From positions 7,896,101 through 7,960,100 of the forward strand of contig NC_092677.1 in assembly GCF_964355755.1 (NCBI RefSeq): DNA of 64,000 nt. Direction: 5' to 3'. The translations under genes were made by a program, and so were the position numbers. Of the stretch, positions 1 to 14,600 are shown piece by piece. The notes below the pieces were generated by a model. It had not been told where the DNA came from. It was given only the letters and a program-made list of their open reading frames with translations, and searched no databases. This DNA comes from Antedon mediterranea (Eukaryota; Animalia; Echinodermata). The stretch's first letter is position 1. Each line of letters starts with the position of its first letter.

Positions 1-3000
1 CCGTTTGGACAAGTGCATCTGCAATCACTAGTTATTGTTCCACAGTTTTCACATTCCTGGTTGCAAACTGTAATTATTATGTACGCGATAAATATTTAGT
101 TAATTTAAAAAAAAAATTGTTTTTAATTGCTTCATTATAATAATAAATAATTCTGTAATAATAATGAAACAAATATATAAAACAAACCTAAATATTTACG
201 TTATTAACATCAAACACATTGTAACTTATTTCACATTTGTATTGTACTTTTTTAAATTTTAACATACTATATGGTTTATGAATGTTGTGTGAAAAAATAA
301 AGAATACTCATACAATACAATACGATGTCAACAAAATAATAGTCGTTAACTTTAAATCTATAACAACAAATGTAAACTTACCACATTCTTCACTGTGTTC
401 CGAACATGGACCTAAAAATTAAACATGTTCATATAATATAAATAAGCCTACTCTAGATATCGTATCTACCATTAATAGGGAGCCTTCGGTTTGTAAAAAT
501 GTACTCTTATCTTGACATGGAACTCAAATCAACTGTGTCGACATAAGCGCTCCGAGCAACTTAACGCAACTGCCAAGCACACACAACATGCCGACATAGT
601 TCTTTCTCATGTTGTAATGCAAGTGTCATCAATTCGTTCCCAATACATTTTAGGACCGAGTGACTGGCTTCACATTATCTATTAAAACTGTATTCGGGTG
701 GCTTACTTACGGCATTGATTTTCATAGCACTCGTCAGAACCCGAGGAACACTCGGTACAACTTGGTCCACTCACGTATGGTTGTCGATTGTAATTACCAC
801 TGAAAACGATTGTTTATCATTTATCAAATTAATATATTTACTTAATTAGGCATAATTAAAAAAGGAAAAGTCAATGGCAACTTCCGAGCATAGTAAATCG
901 TATTGAGTAGGATGCCATGTATAGTTACAACATAGAAAGGCATTAATTGGAAAACTTGAAAAAAACATATCCATAGAGCCCCTCACATTCGTACCTTATA
1001 TGGATAATAGTACATGTACCTATACATTATAGGTATAAGCAGGAAAGAGTGAAATTTAACACTTCCCTGGTCTAAGATTAATCACCTGATCACCTAACTT
1101 GTCAATAATATCATTATTAACTTTAATAATCATTAATAACAGTAAACACTTTTAAAGTTAATATCTCTAACAAAACAATTGTGATATACATATCAGATGA
1201 AACACAATACGTACGCGGGCCCGTAGTTACACGTCAATAGCCACACGTCCGACTGACCCTGTGGTGTAGATTCGCAGAATGTAAGGCCGCAGCCCACTGC
1301 ATACGAGTCCGCCCAAACCACCTATACATAAACATACCACAGAGATAGGAAAATGAATGTTACAGGATCATTTTTGTGTTTACAGATAGATGAAGTGATT
1401 TTTAGGATTTCCTTGCGCAATTATGAAACGACATATGGTGTTAATATGTAATATATATAAGATATAGGCCTACATTACTATTTACAGAATAGGCCTACCA
1501 ACAGTAAAATTATTATTTTTAAACGTTTTATAAAATCCATTATCATTATCATTATTATGTATGTTATGTCAATAGCCTATTGAAATTAGAGTCAATTGAC
1601 ATAACTTTAGAGTTACCATGTTGTTTATTATTATTCATAATGTTGATAATTAGTAGTATTTCATCATCACATTATCAATTATCAGTTTGATGCAACATGT
1701 TGTGTATGTGCACTGCCACCGATGTAAAGGTGAAATTCCAAATAAATTGATTGATATGGAATGCAGTATGCGGCGGTATCACGATCATCAGTGGCAGATA
1801 TATTCAGATAAGAGTTTTTACCTGTGTGTAATGACCACATACACGCCCCGGTTCACACCCATCCGTGTCATAATCGTAATCTGATACTTCGTTGTACCAT
1901 GCCTGGGCTGCCTCTAAACCGTTAGGTTGGTATGAGCCAAGCCAAAGGTTTTGTCCGACAGGTTCAAATGGAGAAATATTGTCTGGTTGACCATGGGCGA
2001 AACTACAACCATCTGACCACTCTTGTGCCATAGATGCCAAATCATCATCCCATTCCTATTATTTGACAATATAGTAATAATTGAGCGTTATTAATTTGTA
2101 TTTATTCATACAATGAATATCATAAAAGGCAAGAAAAGGTTGATTTACTGTCCTACAAAACGTTAAAAATAAAGATGAATAAAATAAAAAATTAAATAGG
2201 TCATTCTGCAATTTTAAGAAAGTTAGTCACTTCCAAAGAAGAACAAACGAATATTATAAAAGTATCAAAACATTTTAAAAGTATCAGCAGCATACATTTT
2301 TTTTCGTTCTACTTCTTGCGATTGAAAACTGAAAACCTATATTTTACTTTTTACCATGGTTAACTGTTTCCAACAAGTGGCAACGAATTAGGACACACAT
2401 AGATAATTAATACGCCATGTCTACCATGTTTAATAAGTAATAATTAGATGATGATATACAAAAAACCCGATCAGATGACGAGATTAAGAGGATATCGTCA
2501 TGTCTACATCTTAAGCTCAGGCTACACATCAAACTAGTTTGATAAAAAAAGTGTGATGTGCCCAAATATGGTAGTGATAGACTTAAATATGGTAGTGATA
2601 GGACATCATCATGTTCATATGGGCACACCACATTTTATGTGTGATCAAATGACGAGATACAGGATATAATTATCATGTCTGCATATTTCAGAATGGAGGA
2701 TATGACTAGGTGGTAGGTTTCTGGATCTCGTTGTACGCATCTTTTAGAATAGATGAACAAATGACAAGATCTTTATTTATTGTTTGAAGGTTTGCATGGC
2801 GAATGTTAATATAAGTTTGCGGTAGTGCGGACGATCAAATCATATTGATCGAAACAGTTCTTTTTAGAACTAACATAAATGGTATACCGCAAATTTATAT
2901 CAACAAGATCTTTATCATTTAAACATGTTAGTGATTATCTTTCTGTACTAATAGTATCAATTTTAATGTTACGGCAAGAGTTTGAATTATTTCTAGGCAT

Positions 3001-3295
3001 ATTAATTATATTATTAATTTTAATGCGCACGGGGTATTATTCAATTCTGAATACTTTTATTGATTAACTATATAATTAATAAACATACACATTAGTGATC
3101 ATTACAAAACATTGTTCTTACCATAAATTTCATATCGGCTGCTTCTGGAGAAACTTGTGATCTCAGTTCATTATGTTTGTCAAGAATGGCTTGAGCTTCA
3201 CTCGTAGAGAAATCAGTGGATCGTCTAACTCGTGAGTGTATATTGCCATTAGATTGGCCAAGTACAAATATAACAAAAATATATATTTCTCTCAT
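1..3295 (-). CDS. Gene A: secreted CAP (SCP/PR-1/CRISP) domain protein with Cys-rich hinge and EGF-like repeat; 3' end runs off the window
   Basis: GT-AG exons 3295-3122, 2055-1822, 1321-1215, 799-711, 411-382, 67-1 join in frame: MREIYIFVIFVLG..RVRR-STDF..DKHNELRSQVSPEAADMKFM|EWDDDLASMAQEWSDGCSFAHG..GQNLW..WYNEV..CGHYTQ|VVWADSYAVGCG..LTCNYGPA|GNY..PYVSGPSCTEC..CYENQCR|PCSEHSEEC|VCNQECENCGTITSDCRCTCPNG. HNxxR, GHYTQVVW and CNYGPxGN are standard CAP motifs. Confidence 0.93.
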
Positions 3296-4486
3296 TCTAA
3301 TAAAACAAATTACAATACATTACATTTTTATTTTGTTTTTTTATAGGCTTATAACTACAGTATCGTTTGTGCATATTGTAAGTATTCAATAGAAAAAAAG
3401 AAGTACAAGTGTAGTGTAGTATTATAGTCACTATAATATCTCTATGGCTGATCTAAAGAATTTCAACATTTCGTTACTGTTGCTTTCACAGCTTATCAAT
3501 ACAGTAGTCTTTTTACCCCGTGCACCATAGTGTGTTATTATGACAACCTGCTGCCGGTAATTTGTATGTTTCAAATTGTTAGATATTTATCTTCAAAGAT
3601 GAATTTTCCTCATGTATGATTGATTAAACAAATACTGTAAAGACGTATGGAGAAACAAATAATCGCCTATAGTTATATTGATATATTATTTTGTGAATAC
3701 TTCTAGTGAAGCGTTAACACCGACATCCATAAATAAATAAATAGAAATTAGGTCCACCTTTACAGATTTAACGTCGGATACATTTAAAAACAGTTACTTT
3801 CGTATATTGGTGTTATCGTAACAAATGAAAATTTTAGTGGGAGTATGATTGGAACTATTTTTATTTATTTTATATTAAATGTGGCGTACCTGTTATGGTA
3901 AGATAATATATTGTAGAATAAAAATATATTTTCACATAAAAGCTAATGTATACGGGCTACCGAAGCGAAAACCACGTAGCTTGTCCACAAATAATCTATG
4001 GGCCCCTCCTCGTTTTTTGTGAATGATCCGCATAAGAAATAATATAGGCCTATAATACATTTGTTGTTTTCCCGACTACTGTTTTCCGCTTGCCGATACC
4101 CCTGTTCTTGTAAAAAAATAACATTTAAGAGCAAAACATTATTAATGAATAGTTCTAAGCTGTTTCATCGCTTCTACTTCCAAATGTTTAACTTCTGCAC
4201 AAAGGAAATTGATCGAGACAAACAGAATGATATAATATTCAACCTTTAACCTCAATTGTTTTCCCTTCATATTTCATGGTTTATCAAAAACAAAACAAAA
4301 ATAGGACCGATGCAGCGGTAACACACACACAAAAAAACAGATTCTGCAATAAATAGTTCAAGTAATGTACCATCTGAGTCTTGTACATCGTTCTTTGTAA
4401 TTTAAGCATAGGCTATATTATTACTTCTTTTAAGAGATGTATTGTCCCACTGGACAATTCCCACTGAACAATTAATTAAAAATTCA

Positions 4487-5070
4487 TCTATATATAAATT
4501 TACGTAAGGGCAAAATTCAGTAAATCGTGCGTTATTTCTAGAATATTTACTCGATGGTATATAAAGTTGGTTCGTACTTTCGATACTGATTTTAACCACC
4601 TGATGTAACCCTGTTTACTAATTAAATTGAGTTCGATAATTAGTTATTGGCAATTGAAACGAATTTAGGTACAACGATTTGCCCCAAATAGGGATGTTTT
4701 CCGTTTTCGTGGTATACACTGTCTAATGCATGTCCATCTTGAAAAATACCCGCATACAATAAAACGAGGGTGCTTCGCATTTTCCTATCTCCTCCTACGA
4801 TAATTGTTTTTAATGGCTGAAAACCGGTTGAACAGCTCGAGTATAGCATCATAATGTTGAAGACAGGCCGATTTTCTTTTAAAAAAATACTATTTTGATA
4901 GATTTAATATACGTTCCAAATTATTTGGTTTAACCATGCTTGCATACCTCCATGGTTTAACACAAGTAGGTAAATTTATGGGCCCTTGGAGAATAAACAT
5001 AAATAGTATTGTAATGCTATACAATACTGTAAATAGGTATTAACCACTTTTGATCGCCATTTGAATCTAG
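4487..5070 (+). mobile_element. Short/truncated copy of non-autonomous Helitron family H1
   Basis: Starts A|TCTATATATAAATTTACGTAAGGGCAAAATTC as at 9472 and 16301; aligns for ~560 bp with more mismatches. Confidence 0.75.
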
Positions 5071-8000
5071 TTTTTATAAATTTCAACTTTCCACTTGACT
5101 GTAAAATGAGTAGGCCTACCTGGTTGAAAATACTAGAGGATAAGGCGGCGTGGAAATGGACTTGTCATCCTACTACATTATTCCGAGGCTTAGTACAATG
5201 CGCACCTAACAGCTCATTCCAGAATGAACACTTTATGCACACTTTTAAAACAATTTGAATTCATTCAATTTATTATTATTACCTTAAATATAAGTTTACT
5301 GTTCATCTCATATATATAAGTTTTCATTTGAATATACTACCATATAATCTAAATCATATCAAATAAACATAGGCCTATGAGATAATTTTCCAGTAATGAT
5401 TGATTGTTCATATTTTTTGCGTCACTTATACAAATAACGAATGCGAATACATTGAGGAAAACAGGCTTAACAGGACCGAAATTAATAAAAAAAATTAATA
5501 CAATTAATTTGTTAATATGATTTTTTTTCAATATGTCTCATTGTATCTTTGATCCGAATTTGTTCCTATACGTTGTGCAATCATGATTAGACCTACACTC
5601 AAGTTACAACAGAATTTGGAAGTTCAATGCAAACAAATAAAATTGTTATTCCATTAAACAAACACGATCCTGTATTATGTTTAGAGGAAAAACGGCACAT
5701 GAAAATCTCCCTGACTTTCAAACAAGGTAATAATATTTTCCCTTAATTTTATTCAATTATATATTTTCCTCTATATCATCAACATTTTTCTTCCATATTT
5801 AGGCCTATACAATGATACTGGACAGTGAAAACATAATTTAATTATTATTACTTACTTCAATTGTTGGTTTTCAGGCTACAATGATTGATTTTAGTAAAAA
5901 CAGTTCACAGCAAAATTATTCACTCTTTAATATAATCTAGAGTCTAGATCGACAGCATGTAGCATTCTGACGTCTTACACCCCATTTCTAAGCGTTTTGT
6001 ACAAACTGGTATTTTTTTAAAGTCTCGGTTGATTAGGCATGATATTTATTTAAAAATAAGTAACGGTAAATCAGTTACTGTGTATATTAAAACTAAATAT
6101 ATCTAAAAGAAAATTCACACAAGCAGACAAACAAAGCATTTCTATTTAAAACGTTTGCCGACAAAATGATATTCATGAACGTCGGCCTCTTTTGAAAGAC
6201 GATATTTATAAACTACAAAAACTACATAAATACACGGAAGGATTTTTTATGCTATCACTGATTTGTCAAATCTTGACCACAGCCCACAGACAGGCCTACA
6301 ATTTTGTAAATCTGTCATAGTGGAAGCTAGTCTATCTGTAAATTTACCCTACACCTTTTTTTTTCTTTATTTAGGAAAATTTCCAAGGATAACCATAAGC
6401 AAAATAATTCACTATCCGCAATCCTGTTCACAAGACAAACATACACAAGATGCTCTACATAAACATAATAAAAGTCTTATTACAAGTCTTTGCGAGTGGA
6501 GTTGTAATTTGTCATTAGAAAAAAACCTGACATATGACAGGACTTCAACCTTTGAATTGGTAGCCAAGCATCATAACCACCACAACTACACTATATTACA
6601 GACCCTAAGAATCGATATAACCATTGGCCACTAATGTCCAGTACAAAATCAACTACTGACATTGAGAAGTAATGTTTTTCACATTCAACTAACAAATAAA
6701 ATACAATATTTCGTTCCTTCATCGTTTGCAAATTCTACGATTAAAATATTTTTTCTCACTTTGTTCTTTTCATTTCCATTAGGCCTATTAATTAATATTC
6801 AAATATTATTTATTTTCTAAAATACGATATAATAATTTTATTCAATATGGGCCTACACATACAATTTGAGTTATATTAATTGTGACTGAACACATTCGAG
6901 TTATTTAGATTCTTAAATAGATTTATATAATAACAGTATTCGCACCAGTACACTTGGATGGAGCCGTATTTTAGTTCGTGAAAACGCCCAATTCAAAGCC
7001 ATTATTTCATTTATACAAATAAATAAATTCATTGACCATAATATCCACTTGATTAAATCTTATCGTTACAAATTAAATGGGTGTGGGAGTAAATTTTGTG
7101 GAGGAGGGGTCTGGGGAGGTGAGGCTCCAAATTTCACTTCTATATCGAGTTCTGTATTACGGATAACTCAACGAATATGCTAAATATATATTTCATATGA
7201 CCAGCTAAGATCAGATAAAGTGGTTTAAATAGAAATTGTAGCTTTGTTTTCTTTTATTTATTATTAGTTTATGTATTTTGTTTGTTTGTTTGCTTTTTTA
7301 TATTTATATACACAATATTGTATTACAACACATTTCTATTTGTAGTATAATTAATTTACCAAGCATTCTGATACAATTTTTTACTGTATTTTATCACTTC
7401 TCGATATTAATTGTGTTGTATGTTTTCATATCTAGGGGGTATTTATTTGATTATACATGTTACCAAAAAATTAAACGCCTCAACTAAATAAACGCCTCTC
7501 CCGAATAAACTCCACCCCTAAAAATCCTCCGAAAGAATAAACGCCTCGGGGCATTTATTCGAAAATACGGTAGGCCTACTTTACTTTACGTCTTAATTAT
7601 TTCATAATGGGTAATATAAATTACATGGGTCAGTAAATTCCCATTTTACAGTTCTTAGTTCCTTCATCGTCGTTTACGAATTCTACGTCTAGAACATTTT
7701 TTTCTAACTAATTAAATTAACTTATTATTTACTTTTAGTTACAGAACAAAGCCTACCCTATCTAAGAATATAAACCATGTAGAAAAAGTAAAATACAATA
7801 TTATATTTGTTTCAATACATATTTCTGTTCTATTAATCGTGATTGAACACACTTAAGTAGATTGGTATAATAATAGTATTCGGATCAATACACTTCAATG
7901 AAGAAGTATTTTAGTTCGTGAAAACGCCCAAATCAAATAAATGATTTCACCAATACAAATAAATAAATTCAATTAAATATACACTTGATTAAATCTTATC

Positions 8001-8159
8001 CTTTACAAAGTTAATGAGGACGGTGGGGTTTGCGGATTGGTGAAAGCTCAACACTGGATGACAGTGCTGATTATCAGAACACAAAACAATACAATACGAT
8101 TGGGTCCACATTTCACTTTCTACATCGAGTTCTGTATTCCCGTATGACTCATCAACGGG

Positions 8160-8225
8160 TATGCTGCCCTGAAATTATAATTAAGGGGCGCAATTGTGGC
8201 TGAATGCAATCAAGAATTGTGAACG
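8160..8225 (+). promoter_or_regulatory. Putative core promoter of gene B (TATA-like block shared with gene C)
   Basis: tatgctgccctgaaatTATAATTAAggggcgcaattgtggctg matches 24097-24140 tatgctgctctgaatgTATAATTAAggggcgtaattctgagtg. Both precede ggttaatcacccgtgtaaag|gtatt, a probable 5'UTR donor (intron ~8511-8610 in B). Confidence 0.55.
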
Positions 8226-8641
8226 CATATTCTATCCAAATTGAAAGGGAACATAAACATTCAGTGTTCTAACAAAATAACAAGAGCCTCTAATAATACC
8301 ATTTCAACGCCATTTTATAACTGGCATGATGTATTAGTCGTCAAAAGAATGACGGTGATCAGCCACCTATAATCTACTATGAAAATTAATTTATATTTAA
8401 TTTTTCATCCTACAAACAACAAAAATAAATTGTAATTCCGGCATTATTAAAGGCTACTTAGGCCTAAGATATTCACATGGTTTACAAATTGGTTAATCAC
8501 CCGTGTAAAGGTATTCTGGTAAGCGTAATTGGGAAAGCATATTTATCCTAATAGTGCAGTTGTTATTTTATATATTGGTTACTTATTGAACTGTATTCAT
8601 TTAATTTTAGCCTCCAACCCAATCGGTCATATCCAACCAAG

Positions 8642-11600
8642 ATGATGCAAACATTTGTCATTAAGTTACTTGTGTTTTCCTTGATGGCCCATGTAGTGGT
8701 ATTAGAACAGCCACAGACAATAAAGTCAAATGCGCCTGGTAAACCTGGTACGATTCGGCTAACGACGAACCATGAAAGACGACGAAGAAACATCGGAGAT
8801 AATACTGAATTCACCCTTGATGAAATTCAAGGTATCATTGATCGTCACAACTATTTCAGACGGAATGTTTCACCTGGACCCGCATCAGATATGCTATACA
8901 TGGTACGTATAAATGATAATATTATTGTCCGTACGGAACTTTCACAAATGAGCTAGGCTTGACGCGATTATGAGATCATGTTCCGAAAATGAGCACTGTT
9001 TCAATAATTTGACAGTATGATTTATATATTTATGTATGTATAAACTTATTCTCTTCCGAAGGAACAAAACTAATTACTTCACCAGAAACCTGTCTGACAT
9101 GCTTTCTGTTGACCATTTCCACCCTTGAATTTACGGATTTTTTCCCCCTTTTCAGAGACTTTATTTAATAATATTTTCTATTAATACATATTTGAAATTC
9201 AATGCTTACTTACACAACATCCATTAAATACTCAAAAAACCGTTTTTTATATTAAAACATTCCAAATTACTTAGTCCAGACTACTTTCTAAACAATTCTT
9301 TTTGATTTCTCAACTTACTTTAAGTTCCCGTTGCAACTCAGTTATACGTTTGGGTTCTTATTACACATGTTTGCTTTGTATATATACAATTAAATAAAAA
9401 TGTAAATAACATTTCTTATTATAACTGATTTGTTCTGAAATCCAGAAATGTTTAATTTATCTAAACGGATATCTATATATAAATTTACGTAAGGGCAAAA
9501 TTCGGTAAATCGCGCCTTACTTCTAGAATTTTCACTCGATGGTATGTAAAGTTGGTTCGTACTTTCGGTACTGATTTTAACCGCCTGATGTAACCCTGTT
9601 TACTAATTAAATTGAGTTAGATAATTAGTTATTGACGATTAAAACGAATTTAGGTTCAACGATTTGCCCCAAATAGGGGTGTTTTCCGATCGTGGTATAC
9701 ACTGTCTAATGGATGTCCATCTTGAAAAATACCCGCCAAAAAAATGCGAGGAGGCTTCGCATTTTTCTATCTCCTCCTACGATAATTGTTTTTAATAGCT
9801 GAAAACCGGTTGAACAGCTAGAGTACACCATCATAATGTTGAAGACAGGCCGATTTTCTTTAAAAAATACTATTTTGATAGATTTAATATACGATTATAC
9901 AAATGTATTGACTTGCGATGAATGGAACATCCCAATCTCTCAGTCTGCCAGAGTTGGTTTAACACAAGTACTGTAGGTAAATTTATGAGCCCTTGGTTTA
10001 ACACATACGGTAGGTAAATATATGGGCCCTTTGAGAATAAACTTGCAATACTTTGACAATACTGTAAATACCTATTAACTATTTTTCATTTGAATCGAAC
10101 ATTTCTTACTGTGAATGTTCGTACTGTTATGTAATATAAAAATATATACAAATAAACTTTATTACTGAGACTGTGGATAGGCTCTACTGTTAGATATACA
10201 AATAAACTTTATACTGACAGTTCCTTCTCAACGTTTGTATTAATTAATAATTACCAAAAATATAAACGTCGTAGTGGTGTATCGTGACATGTACTTTAAT
10301 ATTTCAATCGATTATGACAGTGACAGTTTTAACAAAGTATTAAATCGCAAATGTTTTAGGCCTACTGTATTTAGAGGTATATTATTTATAGGCCTATAAA
10401 ACATGAACAAAATATTTCGTTACTCAGTGGATAAAGAATATATTTAAAAATTGTTCCTCTTTGTACCTATCCGCTTTCCCATCCCTCAACCCTAATGTTA
10501 CATAGCGAGGAGGCTTCGCATTTTCCTATCTCCTCCTACGATAATTGTTTTTAATAGCTGAAAACCGGTTGAACAGCTAGAGTAGCCTACACCATCATAA
10601 TGTTGAAGACAGGCCGATTTTCTTTAAAAAATACTATTTTGATAGATTGCTAGAGTACACCATCATAATGTTGAAGACAGGCCGATTTTCTTTAAAAAAT
10701 ACTATTTTGATAGATTTAATATACGATTATACAAATGTATTGATTTGCGATGAATGGAACATCCCAATCTCTCAGTCTGCCAGAGTTTGGTTTAACACAA
10801 GTACTGTAGGTAAATTTATGAGCCCTTGGTTTAACACATACGGTAGGTAAATATATGGGCCCTTTGAGAATAAACTTGCAATAGGTTCGGAATATGTTAA
10901 AAACCAATTTCTATTATTTGAATCGGTAAACAGTTTCCATTTATTATACATTGATAATGAAACATGAAATATTCCTATTTATGTCCCTCGAGGTTCATTA
11001 CAATTTATATTTAGTAGTCCCACGGACTTCATCTTAGCCACTCCCCCGAGTGCTAAGGCCAAATTTATGATACCCTACTTTCTATGTAAGTTTAGTTACA
11101 GTTAGTTTTTGACGATAATACAACGAATTTAGGTTACACCCTTCGGCCGCGAAAACGTTTCTGTACAAATATGATACCGATTGGCTTTATTTCATTCAAC
11201 AGCGACCATAATCTCGCCAATTACAGGATAGATAAACTATTTTATTATTGATGTGCTTATAAATTAAGACTCATGTAAACAGCTTGATTACATCATTTTA
11301 CAGACAAACGAAACTTTTTTTAAAACATACTGTTTCAATAACTGAGTATAATACGGTATACGTTTTCATAAGTAAGTGCATATACATTTTCGTGTTTTCA
11401 TTGACGAGATTGTAATAGTAACTTCAGTAACTATTACAGTACTTATTTATTATACGACACAAGACAATTGTATCTGACAGGTACGTACATTATTCTAAAA
11501 AATAAGTCTAGATAGATCCCTTAGGCGTCATAAATCACAGGCCAACAAATCAGTACTCATGACAGAAATTCGACCCAGTTTGGTTCACACAAATGTTTAC

Positions 11601-14600
11601 AGGAATTTCAACACCACAACCGATGATTTGCCCTAAATATTTAGGTAGACTACAGTTTAATTTTTCACTGAATAGGAGCTTGAATTTCCGATTTCCATTT
11701 CGCAGAATGTCTAGGTCTATTTATTTAGTTTGGTTCTTATAATATATAAATACAATCAACTTTATTACTGCGGTTCCATCACCACCACCACGTGCCGCCC
11801 AATTCCCGTACATACATTTCCATTTCTCCCTAATTTCTTTAATCCACATAAATTAATTGTCCTTTATGGAATCCAGTATTGGTTTTGTTGTCTCTATTTC
11901 TGAATTAGGGGGACACTTCCGTTTTTGTTTAGTGTCCCAAAAAAGTCCCCGTCCGTGGATTCTACTGTATTCGAGAACCATCTGTGAGCACCCCTAGATG
12001 GTACGCGAGCGAAGCGAGCGTGCCATCTAGTTTACTTTCAATTTATTATGAATCCATGTTTGAAACTAGAAAGCCACTCCGAGAGTGCATAACTCCGCCT
12101 ACTGTAAAGTTCTTCTAAATCAGATTTAGTCACTGGAAAGTGTGCTGTGTGTGATTTAGGCTAATTACACTACAATCATGTGTATGCGAGTTTGGTGTAA
12201 ATGTTATATAACCCGCCTTTTAACTAACAATAGCTTCAGCCGACTAACAACAGAAACGCGAAAAACAAACGAGTGAATTTGAAAAGAAATAAGGTTTTTA
12301 AACTAATTGATATGCTAATTTAGTGTCCAAGCTTATGTATGTGGGTTGCATTTAATTGGTTTTAGTATTACAGTTTATTTTTAATTTGGTTTTATCGAAC
12401 TTCCGTTTTATCTGAGCATTATCTGTTTTAATCTAGTCTATCTTTATTTTTTATACTCATAATATTTTTATATTGTATGTTTAATTGTTTTAAGGATGCA
12501 CCATTATTATGTGTGCCGCTGTTCAAAAAGCATTTTCCAAATAAATTATTATTATTATTATAAACAACTCGCATAAAAAAACTTGAAATCTAATTATGTT
12601 TTAAAATTACAAATCATAAAATGTAATTCTTGCCTTGAAGTTTTTTGGACAAGTATTTCTCGAGATTTTAGTTGTTAACAAACAAACTCCTTGACGGAGG
12701 TAAAAAAGGTACAAATAATTCATTCACAAAGTAAGTGCATTAGTGTTTCTTTTTCCTTATGACAGAAATCAAAAGCCTCGTAGTCTGAACGACCAATCAT
12801 GTACAGAAAAGTGTTTCTGTACATGAATCTATTACCAACCAATATTGGAACCACTTTAATGTTGAGGTATATTTATATACGGTGTAGTTTTCCAGAAATC
12901 AGGCGTACAGTCAATATTTAATTTTGAACATGCCACTTTGATTTCAAATTAACATTACTCAAGTTAATAGACTATATACATATATATATACATATCTACA
13001 ACCTCTCTTCTCAGAGAAAATTATTTCACTTAATTTTTTCAAAATTCATTAATTTACTATTTTCATCTAGTAGATCGTTGACCTTATTCCATGTGTACAT
13101 TAATAATAGCGATTCGACATAAACCCCTTTCTGATCTTCATGAATTATATTCGGTAAACATTTTTTAAATTTGTTCAGCATACATGCGGATCCAATTTTA
13201 TAACTAGTTTTCGGTTTATTTCTATTTGTTAATAACAAAATTGATCCCTGTTTCTGTGTAGTTAATTTACGGATTGTTAGGTATTTTTAATAAATTGAAT
13301 AAAACGGCCTATTCAACCAAAATATTCATCGATTATCTTTTAGTTAATTTAAATCTCTTTATTTATATCGATATTTTAATTTTGTAAAGATTTAAGTTAT
13401 TATTTGACGTCAAGGATATACTTCATGATCTATCCATCTAAATGCATGTCCGACAGATTATTAGAGTGGATTTTAAATTATTATTAATAATTATTATCTT
13501 GATTTGTCATGTTAAAATCCTACTGCTGGAAATTCGTTTTTTTTAATAAATATTTATTTGTATTACGGTCTGTAGCCACCATTTTCATATAGAGTGCGTT
13601 TTAGAGTGTTTTTTTTATAGAAATATTTATATAGAGTGAAATAATAACAACTAGGCCTATAAAAACGTTATATGACGACACGTAAATTATTTTCATTCTG
13701 TTTTGGTCATATAGTCCTCCAATGGTTTCTTTTGAAAACATTCCACGCATTTGTTGACGTGAAGTCAGTTAAAAGTATAAATAGTTCCATAAACATAAAT
13801 TTAACCTTGGCATTCAAAAATTAATGAACTGTTATGACTACTTCTGAATTGAATGACGGTAAAGGAACACAACTTTAGAAAGTTTGCTCACCTCAAAGCT
13901 TAACTTCACGGTGTGTGCCTTGACCTACATACACATACATGGGTTTTCAGAAATGTGACCGAAGAGGATGACAATGTTTTAACTATATTTAACATAAATT
14001 ATTTATGAATTGTATAATTACAACCGTCATAAAACTAGCATACTGTATGAATAATCACTGAAACAAATATCTGTATTTGTTTTTGTATTGGTTATCCGCA
14101 ATTAATAGAGAGGCATTTAAAAGAGTTTGTTTTTTAAATTGAAGCTGAACAGTAGAGTAAACATGGCGTTTACCACAATAATCTTATACTTGCGCTCTCA
14201 TAATTATTTAAATGCTCGAAATCAATATATAGTCAGATGCACTTTTAAATTCATTAAAGTATGTACCGTGCAGTTTATATAAAATTAATCATATTGTTAA
14301 TGAAAATAAAATAAATAATTAGCCTGCCTATAGAGATTTGAATAAGATTGCTGATTTCAATCAGCTTAACTCCGTTAAACACAGCTCAGTAGAGTAGGTA
14401 AGCATAGATGTTATTATTCATTATCATGCATATTATTTTCATTTATCTATTTCAGAGTGCATGCATAACAAATAAATGAAAATGTACACAGTCATACTTT
14501 TGTTTTGTTATTCTCGCATCGTTTGTTAAATCATGCGTATGATTTTTAGTCGCGTGCAACGCGACTTTACAGCTCACGTATGTCGATCGGTTGGTCGGTT

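Noticed and set aside
2429-2640. Inverted similarity to ~57650-57790, suggesting one giant element bracketing the cluster
   Set aside because: The left copy lies inside intron 1 of gene A and the match is patchy; two copies of a dispersed repeat is simpler.
5850-5935. Possible non-coding first exon of gene A (minus-strand gtaagt donor at ~5855)
   Set aside because: An acceptor directly precedes the ATG of A, so an upstream exon is likely, but one donor hexamer in AT-rich DNA is not enough to place it.
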